DNA of 64,000 nucleotides from Octopus sinensis (GCF_006345805.1 NC_043000.1:110484001-110548000), one strand, 5' to 3'; positions 1 to 12,483 are shown, numbered from the stretch's first letter. The notes: generated from the letters alone by a model not told the origin. Numbers and translations: made by a program.

Positions 1-244
1 TTCGCATTGTTTTAGCCTTCAAATGACGCCACCCCGCTGGCTAAGCGAGCAGGCCAACAGAAGAAAGAGTGAGAGAAAGTTGTGGCGAAAGAGTACAGCA
101 GCGATCGCCACCACCCCCTGCCGGAGCCTCGTTGAGCTATAGGTGTTTTCGCTCAATAAACACTCATAACGCCCGGTCTGGGAATCGAAACCGCGATCCT
201 ACGACCGCGAGTCCGCTGCCCTAACCACTAGGCCATTGCGCCTC

Positions 245-245
<1 letters not shown>
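1..245 (-). mobile_element. tRNA-derived SINE, family 'T' (3' end runs off the window)
   Basis: Minus strand starts GGAGGCGCAATGGCCTAGTGGTTAGGGCAGCGGACTCGCGG..GGTTTCGATTCCC (A- and B-box-like) followed by a non-tRNA body. Related copies at 19141-19536 and 62420-62693. Confidence 0.85.
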
Positions 246-287
<42 letters not shown>

Positions 288-675
288 GTATATATATATA
301 TAATATATATGTATATATATTCTGTCTGTAAACTCCATCCTGTCAACACCTCAAATGTAACATTCTCCAACGTAAAATTCTCCCCTGAAGACGGAGGCGG
401 TGCTATTCGATAATAGATCCAACTAACTATCATTATTCCGGACCACCAACTCCCCCAGAAACAGCCGTTGGACCCAGTTAACTCCTGATATCATTTATAT
501 TCTGGAAGTCGGACTATTTTATATCCATACACTTGTACATTTTTTCTATTAAAGTATTTAATATTCTGTGGAAATCGATTTGCCGAACTTGTTTCTCATG
601 CACTTACTCAAAGTCGACTCGTTTGAGCACTTCGAAATGTAACTTATATACATACAGATATATATATATAATATA

Positions 676-721
<46 letters not shown>

Positions 722-827
722 TATATATGTATAAAATTAATTAAGGGTAGAAATCAATATTTATCAATTAAAACCAGTGGTCTAGCATATTAAAAAAAGA
801 ATCCGAAGATTAAAATATTTATATATA

Positions 828-1138
828 CCAATTAAGGACTGAACACGAAAAGTGGACAGTCAACATGCTAGATATAGACGTCAAATAGTCATTCTCCACA
901 AAAGATTATGCTCTCAAATCAAACTCATCACAAACCCAAGCAATAAACAAGTGAAAATATACGAAATAAAATACTTATCCATGTACTGATCAGTTTCGGC
1001 TATTATTATCCGCAAGGATACCTGTAGCCTTCATCAGCATGGCCCGATATAAATGCAAATTGCTGGACTAGACGCAAAAACGATTTGACGTCTATATCTA
1101 GCATGTTGACTGTCCACTTTTCGTGTTCAGTCCTAATT

Positions 1139-1140
<2 letters not shown>
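828..1140 (-). mobile_element. 313-bp element with ~59-bp inverted termini, TA-flanked, carrying a hammerhead ribozyme (PLE pLTR-like)
   Basis: 828-886 is the reverse complement of 1083-1140 with one indel. TA runs abut both ends. HHR at 979-1042. Confidence 0.7.
979..1042 (-). ncRNA. Type I hammerhead ribozyme with canonical core
   Basis: Minus strand: CCAUG CUGAUGA A GGCUA (CAGG UAUCC UUGC GGAUA AUAA) UAGCC GAA ACUGAUCAGU A / CAUGG. Helices I, II and III all pair. GUA cleavage is predicted between 984 and 983. Confidence 0.85.
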
Positions 1141-1185
<45 letters not shown>

Positions 1186-1357
1186 GAGAGAGAGAGAGAA
1201 CACTGTCTCTGACATATATATACACATACACATATATGATATTATATATATATTATATATATGTATATATGTATATGTATATAAACATATATATATATAT
1301 ATATATATATAATAATATATATATATATGAATAATATATATATATATATTATATATT

Positions 1358-1600
1358 ATCTTATTATAAAAGGCAGATTTTATCTGCCTCCCTTTGGGAG
1401 TGTATATACAAATCTACAATATAGGATTTCTTCAATTACAATTTACCTACCATTTTTAAGAGTACAATGCATCGCGTCATGCCAGGTCCAGTTTTTAAAA
1501 TTTAAACTCCAATTATGCAAAAATTTACAGAAAACTCACATTCTGGTGTGTGTCAAATGCTTTTCTTAGTCTGGTTTACACCACACGCAAACGCACAACA
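1358..1600 (-). mobile_element. Non-autonomous Helentron/DINE-like repeat, family H2
   Basis: Reverse-complement match to 4775-5017. Ends in hairpin AGGCAGAT-TTT-ATCTGCCT next to ATCTTATTATAAAAG, within a TA run. Confidence 0.55.
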
Positions 1601-2213
1601 CAGTGGGCAACGAATAAAGTGAAACTAGATGTAAGTTTGTTTCTCTCTATCACGCTGATAGATACATGAGTAAAATGTATGGGAAGCTAACACATAAGTG
1701 TGAGTGAAAATGTTCTTGGAAGAGAGTAAATAGCCAGAGATAGTGATTTGAGGAGGACTTTACATTAAATAACCGTAGTGGTTGTGTTAGTAATAAAGTA
1801 AACATACACTCATACATACATACATACATACATACATACATACATACATACAACATACAACACACACATACATACACACACACATACATACACACCACAC
1901 ATACATACACACACAACATACATACACATACATACATACATACATATACATACATAATACATACACACACACAACATACACACACAAACAGTATTGAAGC
2001 TTGAGAACAATCAGATACATTTGCAACACATCTGTTGAAAATATTATTGTTCACACACATACATATACATATATACATACAGACAGACAGACAGATAGAC
2101 ACACACACACCACACACACATGATCCAGCATGGCCACAACCTCAAGGCTGAAACATATAAAAGAATAACAGAATATAAATGTGTGCATGTGTGTGAGAGA
2201 GAGAGTGTGTGTG

Positions 2214-2245
<32 letters not shown>

Positions 2246-2300
2246 TATATATATAATAATAATGGGTTTTCAACAGCTTGAACTAAAAGTCAGAGGGGAA

Positions 2301-2842
2301 TGGGATAAACCACTTATATTAACTTGCTATAAAAGCAGGTAGTAATTTTATCTGGTCTTATTCATAGTGCAAGTTTTGAAGAGTGCATTTCGATTTTAAC
2401 AGCTATTTTTTCAAGCTATATTGGAAGGTAACAAAGGAGCATATTTGGCATATTTTGCTTTATGAGTTCAATAAAAAGACAAAAACGCAACGGAAAGTAC
2501 AAGAAATATTAATGCAGTATATGGGGATTGGACAATAAGCGTAAGGCAGTGTCAATGGTGGTTCCAGAAATTCCGAGCCATAAACTACAGCCTAGAAGAC
2601 GAGCCTCATCCTGAAAGATCTGTAGAACTCGACAAGGACATCCTGAAAACCCTGGTGGAACAAAATCTCATCGTAACTGAGGAACTAGCAGAGAAGCTTG
2701 GATTTGGTCATTCAAACCATTCATTGAGACCTGTGTGCTATCGGAAAAGTCAGCAAATTGGGTCAATGGGTTCCTCACGAACTTTCCGAGTCTAATTGCA
2801 TGCAGAGAGTGAATGTATGCTTTTCTTTGCTGTCACATCTCA
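2301..2842 (+). mobile_element. Mariner transposase remnant (N-terminal HTH region, frameshifted)
   Basis: Translates across frameshifts to EHIWHILLYEFNK..SVRQCQWWFQKFR..SLEDEPHPERSVELDKDILKTLVEQN..EELAEKLG..KLGQWVPHELSE, including the WVPHEL mariner motif. Confidence 0.85.
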
Positions 2843-2861
2843 CCACTACTGCGCTATGTAT

Positions 2862-3336
2862 ATCTATATATATAAAACTGTAGTTGTGTGAGTGTCTGTC
2901 CCCTTCGATTTAGATTTTTCGTGTGTCGATGGCGGCGGAGTTGGCGTCCACGCTCACACCTGCACCTGTGCGGAAGGGAGTGTAAGGAAATCAACGTCGT
3001 AATGCGTTGTCAAGGAGACCAGCGTTCTTTTAGAACAACGACTTCATGGCTTGAAGACACCAAAACAGAAATGGCTAAGAAAGCGTCTACATGAGTCTAC
3101 TATTTAAAAAAAAAATTACCATCGTTTTTTTCCCATTTTAATGCATTTTTTCGCTATTATATAAGGGAAGTAACTCTCTAAAAATGTCTACGATGAGTCA
3201 ACGATTTAAAAAAAAATTTACCATCATATTTCCATTTTTAATGCATTTTTGGCTATTTTTTGGCTATAACTCTCTAAAAATGCTTATATAGTTATTTCCC
3301 TTACAAACCCGAGCAACGCCGGGCGATACTGCTAGT
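2862..3336 (-). mobile_element. Non-autonomous Helentron/Helitron-like repeat, family H1
   Basis: One end is ACTAGCAGTATCGCCCGGCGTTGCTCGGG, the other ..TATATATAGAT. Contains two ~100-bp internal tandem subunits. Matches 3544-3938 and 38263-38568. Confidence 0.65.
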
Positions 3337-3504
3337 ATATGTATATATCTATATATATATACATAAATATAAGAGAGTGTGTCTCCCTGGTTTTTATGTG
3401 CTAAGTCACTTGGTGTAAATTGATGGTATATTAATTAATATCAAATTTTCACCTCATTTATCATATATATATATATATATATAATATATATATATATATA
3501 ATAT

Positions 3505-3543
<39 letters not shown>

Positions 3544-3544
<1 letters not shown>

Positions 3545-3938
3545 CTAGCAGTATCGCCCGGCGTTGCTCGGGTTTGTAAGGGAAATAACTATATAAGCAT
3601 TTTTAGAGAGTTATAGCAAAAAAATAGCAAAAAAATGCATTAAAATGGAAAAAAAATTAAGGTAAATTTTTTTTAAATCGTTGACACATCGTAGATATTT
3701 TTAGAGAGTTACTTCCCTTATATAATAGCGAAAAAATGCATTAAAATGAAAAATATGATGGTAATTTTTTAAAATCGTAGACTCATCGTAGACGCGCCGC
3801 TAATACCCAGAAGGGCTCGATATGAATCACGACTATAAGATACCCGGTTTTGGTTACACTGCACCGCAAAATGTGGGAGTAGTTAGGAATCTAAATCGTA
3901 GGAGACAGACACACAACTTCACTCTTATATATAAAGAT
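3544..3938 (+). mobile_element. Non-autonomous Helentron/Helitron-like repeat, family H1
   Basis: ACTAGCAGTATCGCCCGGCGTTGCTCGGG ... CTCTTATATATAAAGAT, with internal tandem subunits, inserted in (TA)n. Confidence 0.7.
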
Positions 3939-4049
3939 ATAAGCCACGTAGTTATATACACATACTTTGTTATATACACATTCTTAAAAGAAAATGTTAT
4001 TTTGAACACAACATTTATAAAGAATAAAATATTTTTTGGTTTTTCTTAA

Positions 4050-4745
4050 CCCTTTCGTTACTATATTTCTGACCAAAATACACCCCTTATGTGTTTCAAT
4101 TAATTTCTAACGTAATCATAAATTTAGTCTGGTTTCATTAAACAACTATAACTTTTTTATTTATCAATATATTAACATGAATTTTGGAAGAAATTTAATG
4201 AAATGTTCTCAACCAATTCTATACTATAATTTTTGTCACGGAGTGACTCTAATTGCAGGTAGATACAGGAAATTCAACAAAATATAAAATTATTAAAATG
4301 TTCAAACATCGCTATAGAAAAGGGGTATTAGCTAATTTCATTTGGGTATACAACAAAATTTTACGATAGAATTTGTTATTCTGGGCAACTTTCTGATACC
4401 CATAATAATATTTATGGCAAAATAGGCCTTAATTTCATTTAAGGTTGGGAAATAACAAACTATCCTTTCTTTCGCTTTGTTTACGTTTAGCGTAACAGTT
4501 CGTTTCCGCCGTAATGATTTCAAATAGGCTCATTCGAAAAAGTAAAAAGAAATAGTCTAAGGCTTCCTCTTCTGGGAAAGTCTGTGGCTTGGTCCGTTTC
4601 TTCAGAAAAATCACCGAAAGAACAGTTTTTTAAATTTTCACTCCATTCAGGTGCCAATTCATTGTCTTTATCGCTGTCGGATTCACTGTTTTCACTTTAA
4701 TCGTTGCAAACTTGCAAAGAGAAAGTCGTAGAAATTAGAGTGATA
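4050..4745 (-). mobile_element. piggyBac transposon remnant (one terminus plus a transposase fragment)
   Basis: TTAA|CCCTTTCGTTAC terminus at 4046-4061. Minus strand encodes an acidic N-terminal stretch and PTLNEIKAYFAINIIMGIRKLPRI, resembling piggyBac/PGBD EIKAFLGLLILMG..KLP. Confidence 0.7.
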
Positions 4746-4774
4746 GCGTGAGTGAATTAGATCGCTCCCTTTTT

Positions 4775-5017
4775 GTGTGTGTGTGTGCGCGTGTGCTATA
4801 GCCCACACTAAGAAAAGCATTTGACTTAGACACCACAATGTGAGTTTTCTCTAAATTTTGCTTAATTGGGGTTGAAATTTTAAAAACTGGACCTGGCACG
4901 ACCCGATTTATTCTACTCTTAAAAATGCTAGGTAAATTGTAATTGAAGAAATCCTATATTCTAGATTTCTATAAGAGAGAAAGGGAAGCAGATAAAATCT
5001 GCCTTTTATAATAAGAT
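4775..5017 (+). mobile_element. Non-autonomous Helentron/DINE-like repeat, family H2
   Basis: Matches 1358-1600 in reverse. Ends GCAGATAAAATCTGCCTTTTATAATAAGAT. Confidence 0.55.
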
Positions 5018-5074
5018 ATATATATATATATATATTTAAAAAGGAGATGTGGAACACGAGTTGTGATATATAAA

Positions 5075-5383
5075 AAAGGAAATGAAGAAAATGCTGACAA
5101 AATAATTTAAGTAATTTAAGTAATTTAATTAGGTGAAAGTTCTTTTTACCGGTTGCGCATTTGTTATGTTTATCAAAAGATAATTTTTTTTAAGAGAGAT
5201 AGAGTTCTTTTCTGATAGATTTTTTCCTCTTATCAGATAAGAGGAAAAAAAATCTATCAGAAAAGAACTCTATCTCTCTTAAAAAAATTATCTTTTGATA
5301 AGCATAACAAATGCGCAACCGGTAAAAAGAACTTTCACCTACTTAAATTACTTAAATTATTTTGTCAGCATTTTCTTCATTTC

Positions 5384-5387
<4 letters not shown>
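5075..5387. repeat. Near-perfect ~155-bp-arm palindrome with 1-nt spacer, TA-flanked, containing a U3-A8 hammerhead-like motif
   Basis: Centre is CTTATC-A-GATAAG at 5235. Arms are reverse-complementary apart from a small duplication and point changes. Confidence 0.9.
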
Positions 5388-5435
<48 letters not shown>

Positions 5436-6539
5436 CATATAGGTATATATTATATATATGTATAAATATATATATATGTATATAATATATATATATTATA
5501 TATATATATATCTATATATATATATATATATAATCTACACATACGTGTGAGTGTGAGCGTGTGTGTGGTGAGACTGATAATAAATTGTGATTTTGTTGCC
5601 AGTAGACATAGCATGGTCGTGATAATGATGGTCATGGTGATGATAATGTATAGTAATTACGGTCTAGATGGTGATAGTGATGTTGGTGCTGGTGACACAG
5701 CTGGTAAGGAATTGTCTCCCAAAATGGCAATTTTCGGTCTTTTGTAAGAGAAGCTGATCCCCCCTTCCCCCCATTTCAAATTTTGTATGGTTCGCCAGTG
5801 AAATAGTTAATGTTTGTGTTTATTGGTTTACTCGGGACTAAGAAAGAATAGCCATGTCCTTCATAGACCGTATAAAAGCTGGTCAAATCGATGCTGCTGA
5901 CGTTCAGCTTGATCTATCTGTTTGGTGTCGGTGATTCGACGCTGACTTATTTGACGTCAGACATCTTTGTGCTTCTCTCGCTCTCTCCGTCGTTGCATCC
6001 CTCTGACCCTTTCTCTTCACCTCTCCCTCCCTACCTCTCTCTGTTTAGCGCGAGAGTATATTTTAATTTTATGTCTGAGGAGAGGGAAAGTGTGTGTCAA
6101 TTGTGTTCGATTAATGAATTGTAATCTGTCTGTCTCGCCCACTCTCCTTCCTCCCTCTCTTTTCTTCCTTCTCTCTCTTCCTCTCTTTATCTCTTACTTT
6201 CTCTATCTGTATGTGTATATCTTTTATGCACATGTGTGTGTGTGTGTGTGTGTGCGTGCATGTGCGTGTGCGTGTATGTGTGTGTGTGTGTGTGTGTGGT
6301 GTGTGTGTGTGTGTGTGTGTATGTGTGTGTGTTCTGTGTGTGTGTTTGCCTCCAGTACCAGAACTTATCCTTGCCAAAACGGGTTGAATATTCAGTGAGG
6401 TGAGGCAAATCGCGAGCATCTAAATATCTTTCCGCAAAGGTTATCGGGGTGGTGGTGGGGAGAGGTCTTCTACTGCGCAGGAAATGAAGTGGAACCAAAA
6501 GGGAGGCTATAAGACGAATATAACGACCTTTTCTATTCT

Positions 6540-6695
6540 AGGCAGACGATCTGAATTTTTGGCGGAGCTCAAACGGTGCCCAAAAGAATGGAAGTCAAAG
6601 TCAACGTCGGAGAATTTGAGTTCGAAACGCAAAGTCGGACGAAATGGCGCTAAGCGCTTTATTCGATGTTCTCGCGATTCTGTCAGTTCGCCGCC
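6540..6695 (-). mobile_element. Old, diverged MetaSINE-like copy (family A)
   Basis: Reverse complement starts GGCGGCGAACTGACAGAATCG..TCGAACTCAAATTCTCCGACG, a decayed version of the family A head. Confidence 0.55.
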
Positions 6696-6960
6696 TTTGT
6701 ACGGTCTTTGATATTTCTGAAGTCTATAATGACACGTGCAAATGAGGAAGCCCAAATGTGGACCTTAATATGCTTGAAATAACAGTCAAAGATCTCTTTA
6801 ATACTGTGCTAACATATAAAAAATAAGGGATATAACACAATGTGTGAACAAAAGATGGGAAGGCTAGGCGAGACTTTTTTTTATCACAAGCAAATCTAAT
6901 GAGTATGGAGGTGGGGACATACATCTGCAACAACAATAAAGATAACAACGGCAACACAAC

Positions 6961-7030
<70 letters not shown>

Positions 7031-7613
7031 CACTCGCCATCCAACTTCAGCTGGTGATATTATGAAGTACAGAAGTTCATAGTGTTTATCAAGTGGGTAA
7101 AATGACTTGATGAATCGCCACTCCAGTAATCAATTAACAGGATTGGTTGACCCTAGACTGACCGTTGGCTGAAGAGGTTCTTCCGCCAAGACTGTATCGT
7201 GCAGTTACGCCAAGTGAAGATCATACGTCGAATGAAGATCAATTACACCCAACTTTACGTCTGCCGTGCTGCTCCCCATGACTTCGCCGTGCCCCTGGCT
7301 CGGAGGATTTTTGTCATTGGGGTTTCATTCTTCTATACACACTTTACTGGATGACCGTCGACTCTTGCGAGTTCCCCCGCCCTTTAACCGGTTTTGTTCT
7401 TCATTCTGCAGACTATCCAAGTCGCTCTCCTCGCCAAGCAAGCTTGGTGGAGGTTGTCGGTTTAGTCGCCAAAGATCCGACTATACAACAGATTGTACTG
7501 GGTTACATATTACCAGTAGCACTCGAAAGTGGCCTGACGCCGATAACCCCAAAACAACGACAACTATAATAAGAATATGTTATTCTCGAATCGACAATAT
7601 TCCTGTCTGCCAC

Positions 7614-7833
7614 AAGGCGGCGAGCTGGCAGAATCGTTAGCACGACGGGCGAAATACTCAGCGGTATTTCGTCTGCCGCTACGTTCTGAGTTCAAATTCC
7701 GCCGAGGTCGACTTTGCCTTTCATCCTTTCGGAGTCGATTAAATAAGTACCAGTTACGCACTGGGGTCGATCTAATCGACTAGCCCCCTTCCCCAAATTT
7801 CGCGTCTTGTTCCTATAATAGAAAAGAATATTC
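7614..7833 (+). mobile_element. tRNA-derived SINE family A with Meta-domain-like core
   Basis: AGGCGGCGAGCTGGCAGAATCG..GAGTTCAAATTCC (B box)..GCCTTTCATCCTTTCGGAGTCGATTAAATAAGTACCAG. More than 10 copies in the window. Confidence 0.85.
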
Positions 7834-10728
7834 CTCTCTGCCCACGGCATACGAATTAAATCAATATAACATTAATGACATTTGCAGAATTTGATATACT
7901 TTGGCAAGAAACAATTACATCGACATACACCACTGAAGAAGCCTGTATGTGGTCGCTCCGTTTGCCAAAAACAGCAGCCAAATCTCCCTCATATTACACC
8001 GTGATGTCCTACAAACGCTATGACGGCACGGTGTAATTATGTACTCCTGTGTGCACTCTCTCTGAATAAGAAGCATGGCAGTAAAGAGTACTTCACTTTC
8101 GTTTAGACCTGCACAATCAGGAGTGACCTGGGGTGAAACAACGACAACAACAACAGCCGCAGCAGCAGGATATGAAATGTAGAAAGATTATGGAAATGTA
8201 ACGAAAAACTAAACGAATGCAAATGAAAAAAAAAATACGTGTATATAACAAATGCCTTCATTTTTGTCTTTGGTTTGCTTGATGGGAATTCATGTGTTGA
8301 AATATATTTTGTCGTATTTCAGGAGTGTCATTATACCAATAACAAACACACGCACTGGTTCTCTTTCACTTCTATATCCTCTATTTCTCAATTGGTTCAC
8401 TATTTAACCAATCAGTTAATCGATTAATCGTTCGATCAGTCAATCAATCGGCTAGGCTTGTTAAAGTTCTTTCGTCACTATTTGCAATCTCATCAATACT
8501 TTGGCTTCCCTACTCCAGGCTTGACTATCTGCCCACTGGTGTAGACCTGAACTAGAGAGGGCATATCATTGATGAGACCGTGTTTATTATTGGCATAATG
8601 AACCTCCCATAATAAAGTGATTTATTTTCGGGTACTTGTGACATTTTAGTTCCTTGTCTGTGGCAATATCTGACCATATTGTCTCTTTCATAGCAAGCTT
8701 GTAGCGGCTAAACCAACAACTCCAACGAGTTTGCTTCTGGAGGAAATTTGAAGGAGTTCAGTTGCACTAAAAGACTGAGAAAATTATGAGAGTAGATTTA
8801 TACAGAATGCCCCACCGGTAACTCTGCACAATCTGCAATCCAATAAGCCTCCTTTCATCGTCTTAATACATTTGTATCCATGGATGTCGGGGTCTTGAAG
8901 ACGATGAGGTGTGAAGATCAAAGTTGTGATTTTGTCTACAGTCCACTTGTGAATGATCTCAGGGTGAAGAAAAACCTTGAAGCCATTCTCGACAACAAGG
9001 AAACACTGATAGACACAATTTTATAATGAGTCGTTACAGCTGTTTCAATCAAATTTATAATTGGACACTTAGAAATATTTTAATCAAGTTCATAGTTCAT
9101 GGTTGGTCTTGTTTCAAATAATTCATTTAGTTGGCTAGTTAGAAACGGTTCCAATCAGACAATAATATAATTCTATCCTTATTTATCAGGGAGATAGAAA
9201 AAAAGAAAAGAAAAAAAAAACGTGGTAAACGAAGCATCTCTAAGAACTAATGGTAGATTCATTGATATGAAACTCGCAGCCCACAGCAGTGAGGTTTCTA
9301 CCATCTCGTATCTTCTGGATCATCTTTACCTTTTCTTACGGAGAATATACTTGACTGCATAATTTGGGGGGGGGGGATCAGGCACCTTGTAACCGTATTG
9401 TAAATCCGCACAGAAATCCGCAGCCTCACAACACAGTCATGTAAATACTCGCAATGGTCATAGTATTCTTGGTAGCTCAACACTGCGGGTGGTCGCTGAG
9501 GCACGTTTTGCGGCACACACGTAGAATCTTTGACAGGTCGCTGACTCCTGTTATCATAGATCAACCAGTGATGTGTATAACACAGTTCATAGTTGTGCGA
9601 GCCATGTTATCCCGGATTAGTGATGAATGAATCAGCGATAAACGAGGCTACAGGTACTACTTGAAGCTTCTTTATTGACTACGGAAAGAAGAAAAAGATG
9701 AAAGATGATTTGTTTTTATCCTAAATAACAGTTTTATTGGTTTTCCAAGCTTGTATATCACAGAAGACATTGTAGGGTAGGTGCAAGAGGCCAGATTTGG
9801 TCAGTTTGAACATGACAAAGGAAGAATATTTGGGTTGGATATGACCCGTTTAAATGCTAAAGCGTTCTAACCGTGACCATGCCGTCTCTTTTTCAGGAAA
9901 CGGGCAACATTGTATAACATTTACTTTTAAAGATAGTATGGTGCACATCGAGGAAGAAATGGCTTCTATGTTTAGCAAGATGGGAGGCTACGGAGTTAGC
10001 TCGACATTATAGTGACTCTTGTTTCTGGTAACACGAACCGCGGTTGTTGTTCTTGTTGATGCTTAACCCCAGGTCAAACCTAATTGAACAGAGTATGATG
10101 AAAATCATTTGAGGTAATATTGTGAATCTAGAACAACTATCAAACCTGTCGTTTCTTTTTTGGGGACGGCGAAGGGGTAATTTGTGTGACATTTAGGTGC
10201 TATTTCTAGCAAACTGAACGACTACGTTAGAGGCTCATTCTCCCTTATGTAGGTCAGAAGAAAATTCTCACACTGCCTTTGTTCGTTGGTTCCTATAAAT
10301 TACATGGCGATATCGCTTCGACCTCTTTCTCTTGCGTTCTCTTTGAATTCTATTTCCTTAAAATCGTGGTTAAGAGAACAAAAAGCAAACAAATGTATAA
10401 ATGAATAAATAAATAATAAAGAATTAAAAGTAAAAAAAAAAAAAAAAAGAATTCAAATATAAAAACTATATACAACCTTGTGGTACTTATCAAGAGAAAT
10501 AATCAAACTTTCTGATAATTAATTAATTAATGCTTTATTAGGATTCGAATTACAATTAGGACAAGAACATAATACACCCAAACAGAAACGGAGAGTTGTT
10601 TTCGAATTGTTTGAGGTTCAGTTTCTGCTCACACATTCAAATTATCGTCAACCAAACAAAAAAGAGGTGAAATCAAGCTGAACTTCTTAAATTCAATTCG
10701 CAAAGAAGGAAAATTAATTCTTTGGCAA

Positions 10729-11135
10729 AAGGCGGCGAGCTGGCAGAGACGTTAGCACGCCGGGCGAAATGCTTAGCGCTATTTCTTCTGTCTTTACGTT
10801 CTGAGTTCAAATTCCGCCGAGGTCGACTTTGCCTTTCATCCTTTAGGGGTCGATTAAATAAGTACCAGTTACGCACTGGGGTCGATGTAATCGACTTAAT
10901 CCGTTTGTCTGTCCTTGTTTGTCCCCTCTGTGTTTAGCCCCTTGTGGGTAGTAAAGAAATAGGTATTTTGTCTGTCGTTACGTTGTGAGTTCAAATTCCG
11001 CCGAGGTCGACTTTGCCTTTCATCCTTTCGGGGTCGATTAAATAAGTACCAGTTACGCACTGGGGTTGATGTAATCGACTTACACCCTGCCCCAAATTTC
11101 AGGCCTTGTGCCTTTAGAAAAAAGAATTATTATTA
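10729..11135 (+). mobile_element. SINE family A with tandemly duplicated B-box/Meta module
   Basis: Two modules separated by the TAATCCGTTTGTCTGTCC..GAAATAGGTATT spacer. Confidence 0.85.
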
Positions 11136-11143
11136 ATATTATC

Positions 11144-11540
11144 AAGGCGGCGAGCTGGCAGAAACGTTGGCACGCCGGGCAAAATGCTTCTGGTTCTTTA
11201 CGCTTTATGATCAAGTGCCACTGACCTCAACTTTGCTTTCCATCCCTTTCGGGTCGATAAAATGGGCACCAGTTGAGCAATGGGGTCGATTCAATCGACA
11301 AGTCCCCTTCCCTATCATTTCATGCCTTTTGCCGGTAAAAGAAAGGATTGTTATTATTATTGTATTTATTATTAACAGCATTTATTCCTACTTGACGTTC
11401 TGAGTTCAAATTCTGCCAAGGTCGGCTTTCCCTTCCATCCTTTCAGGGTCGATAAAATAATACCAGTTGAACATTGGGGTTTAATGTAATCAACCACCTT
11501 CTCCTCCCCAAATACTGGCTTTGTCCCAAAATTTGAAATC
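11144..11540 (+). mobile_element. Two further diverged SINE family A copies in tandem
   Basis: Head AAGGCGGCGAGCTGGCAG at 11144 and a second 5'-truncated copy from ~11395, both followed by ATT/ATC microsatellite tails. Confidence 0.7.
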
Positions 11541-11558
11541 ATCATCATCATCATCATC

Positions 11559-11603
<45 letters not shown>

Positions 11604-12242
11604 GAATAAACTTCACAAAAAGACAACCCCCCCACATTCAAGGCTTGACATATAGAATCGTCTGGAAAGAAACGAGGGTGGAAGGGGTGTTTCTTTTTGA
11701 ATAACCTTTGTTATGGAATAGTTTTAATTTAGGGTTTCTTGAAATTAGAACTAATTAACTCACTACCCGACCACCACCCGACTATCAAATACCGCCACCA
11801 CCACAACCATCACCACCACCACCACCACCACCACACCACCACCACCACCACCACCACCACCACCATGTGGAATGCTGAGCCACTTGCATGTTAATCTCAC
11901 GAGCAGGGTGTTCTGTTAATTGGATCAACTAGAAACTCGTCGTCGTAACTGTATAATTTCATATATATATATATTATATATATAGATATAATATATATAT
12001 ATATATATTTTTAAGGATGAATGAATTATCCTTTGTGTACCGTTAACATGGAAAATCAATAAACAGTTACCAGGGTAGCAAAATTCACGCAAGTAACACG
12101 GATGAAGCGACCTATTCAAAGGTAGAAACTCCGGTTTAATGTGCAGTAATTTGTGTATTATAAGTAAATAAATAGAGTTGAAACATATGTCGAAAGTAAA
12201 AGAATTTTAATAACATCTTCGTTCAACACCATTTATTTACTT

Positions 12243-12280
<38 letters not shown>

Positions 12281-12289
12281 TTAATCCAA

Positions 12290-12483
12290 ACATGAAAACA
12301 CAGAGAAAACACAACAACGTAAGGATGTGGGACAAGTACAGTGTTATTGGACGCTCAGGAAAGGAAAGAAAGGAGGAGGAGTTAACGTTTCGAGCGGAGC
12401 TCTTCTCCCAAAACTAGAAAAGGAAAGATCCAAGGAAGGGAAGACGAGGGAAAAAATCGCCAACGATACACAACGCGGTCACA

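Noticed and set aside
380-430. Further CUGANGA-containing segments (385, 7933, 21020, 33011, 43670, 48198, 53415, 55538)
   Set aside because: Each lacks GAAA, helix II or helix I. They may be very old HHR relics but cannot be supported individually.
7040-9000. Unique-looking segments 7040-7560 and 8500-9000 with short ORFs
   Set aside because: They share a ~35-nt inverted motif (GGC(G)ACTAAACC(G)ACAAC) and look like decayed LINE 5' regions. The ORFs match no protein I recognise.
7614-11540. Idea that SINE family A is mobilised by the TAA-targeting Dong LINE
   Set aside because: SINE tails read (ATT)n on the sense strand whereas Dong tails read (AAT)n, which is the opposite orientation, and I see no shared 3' sequence.
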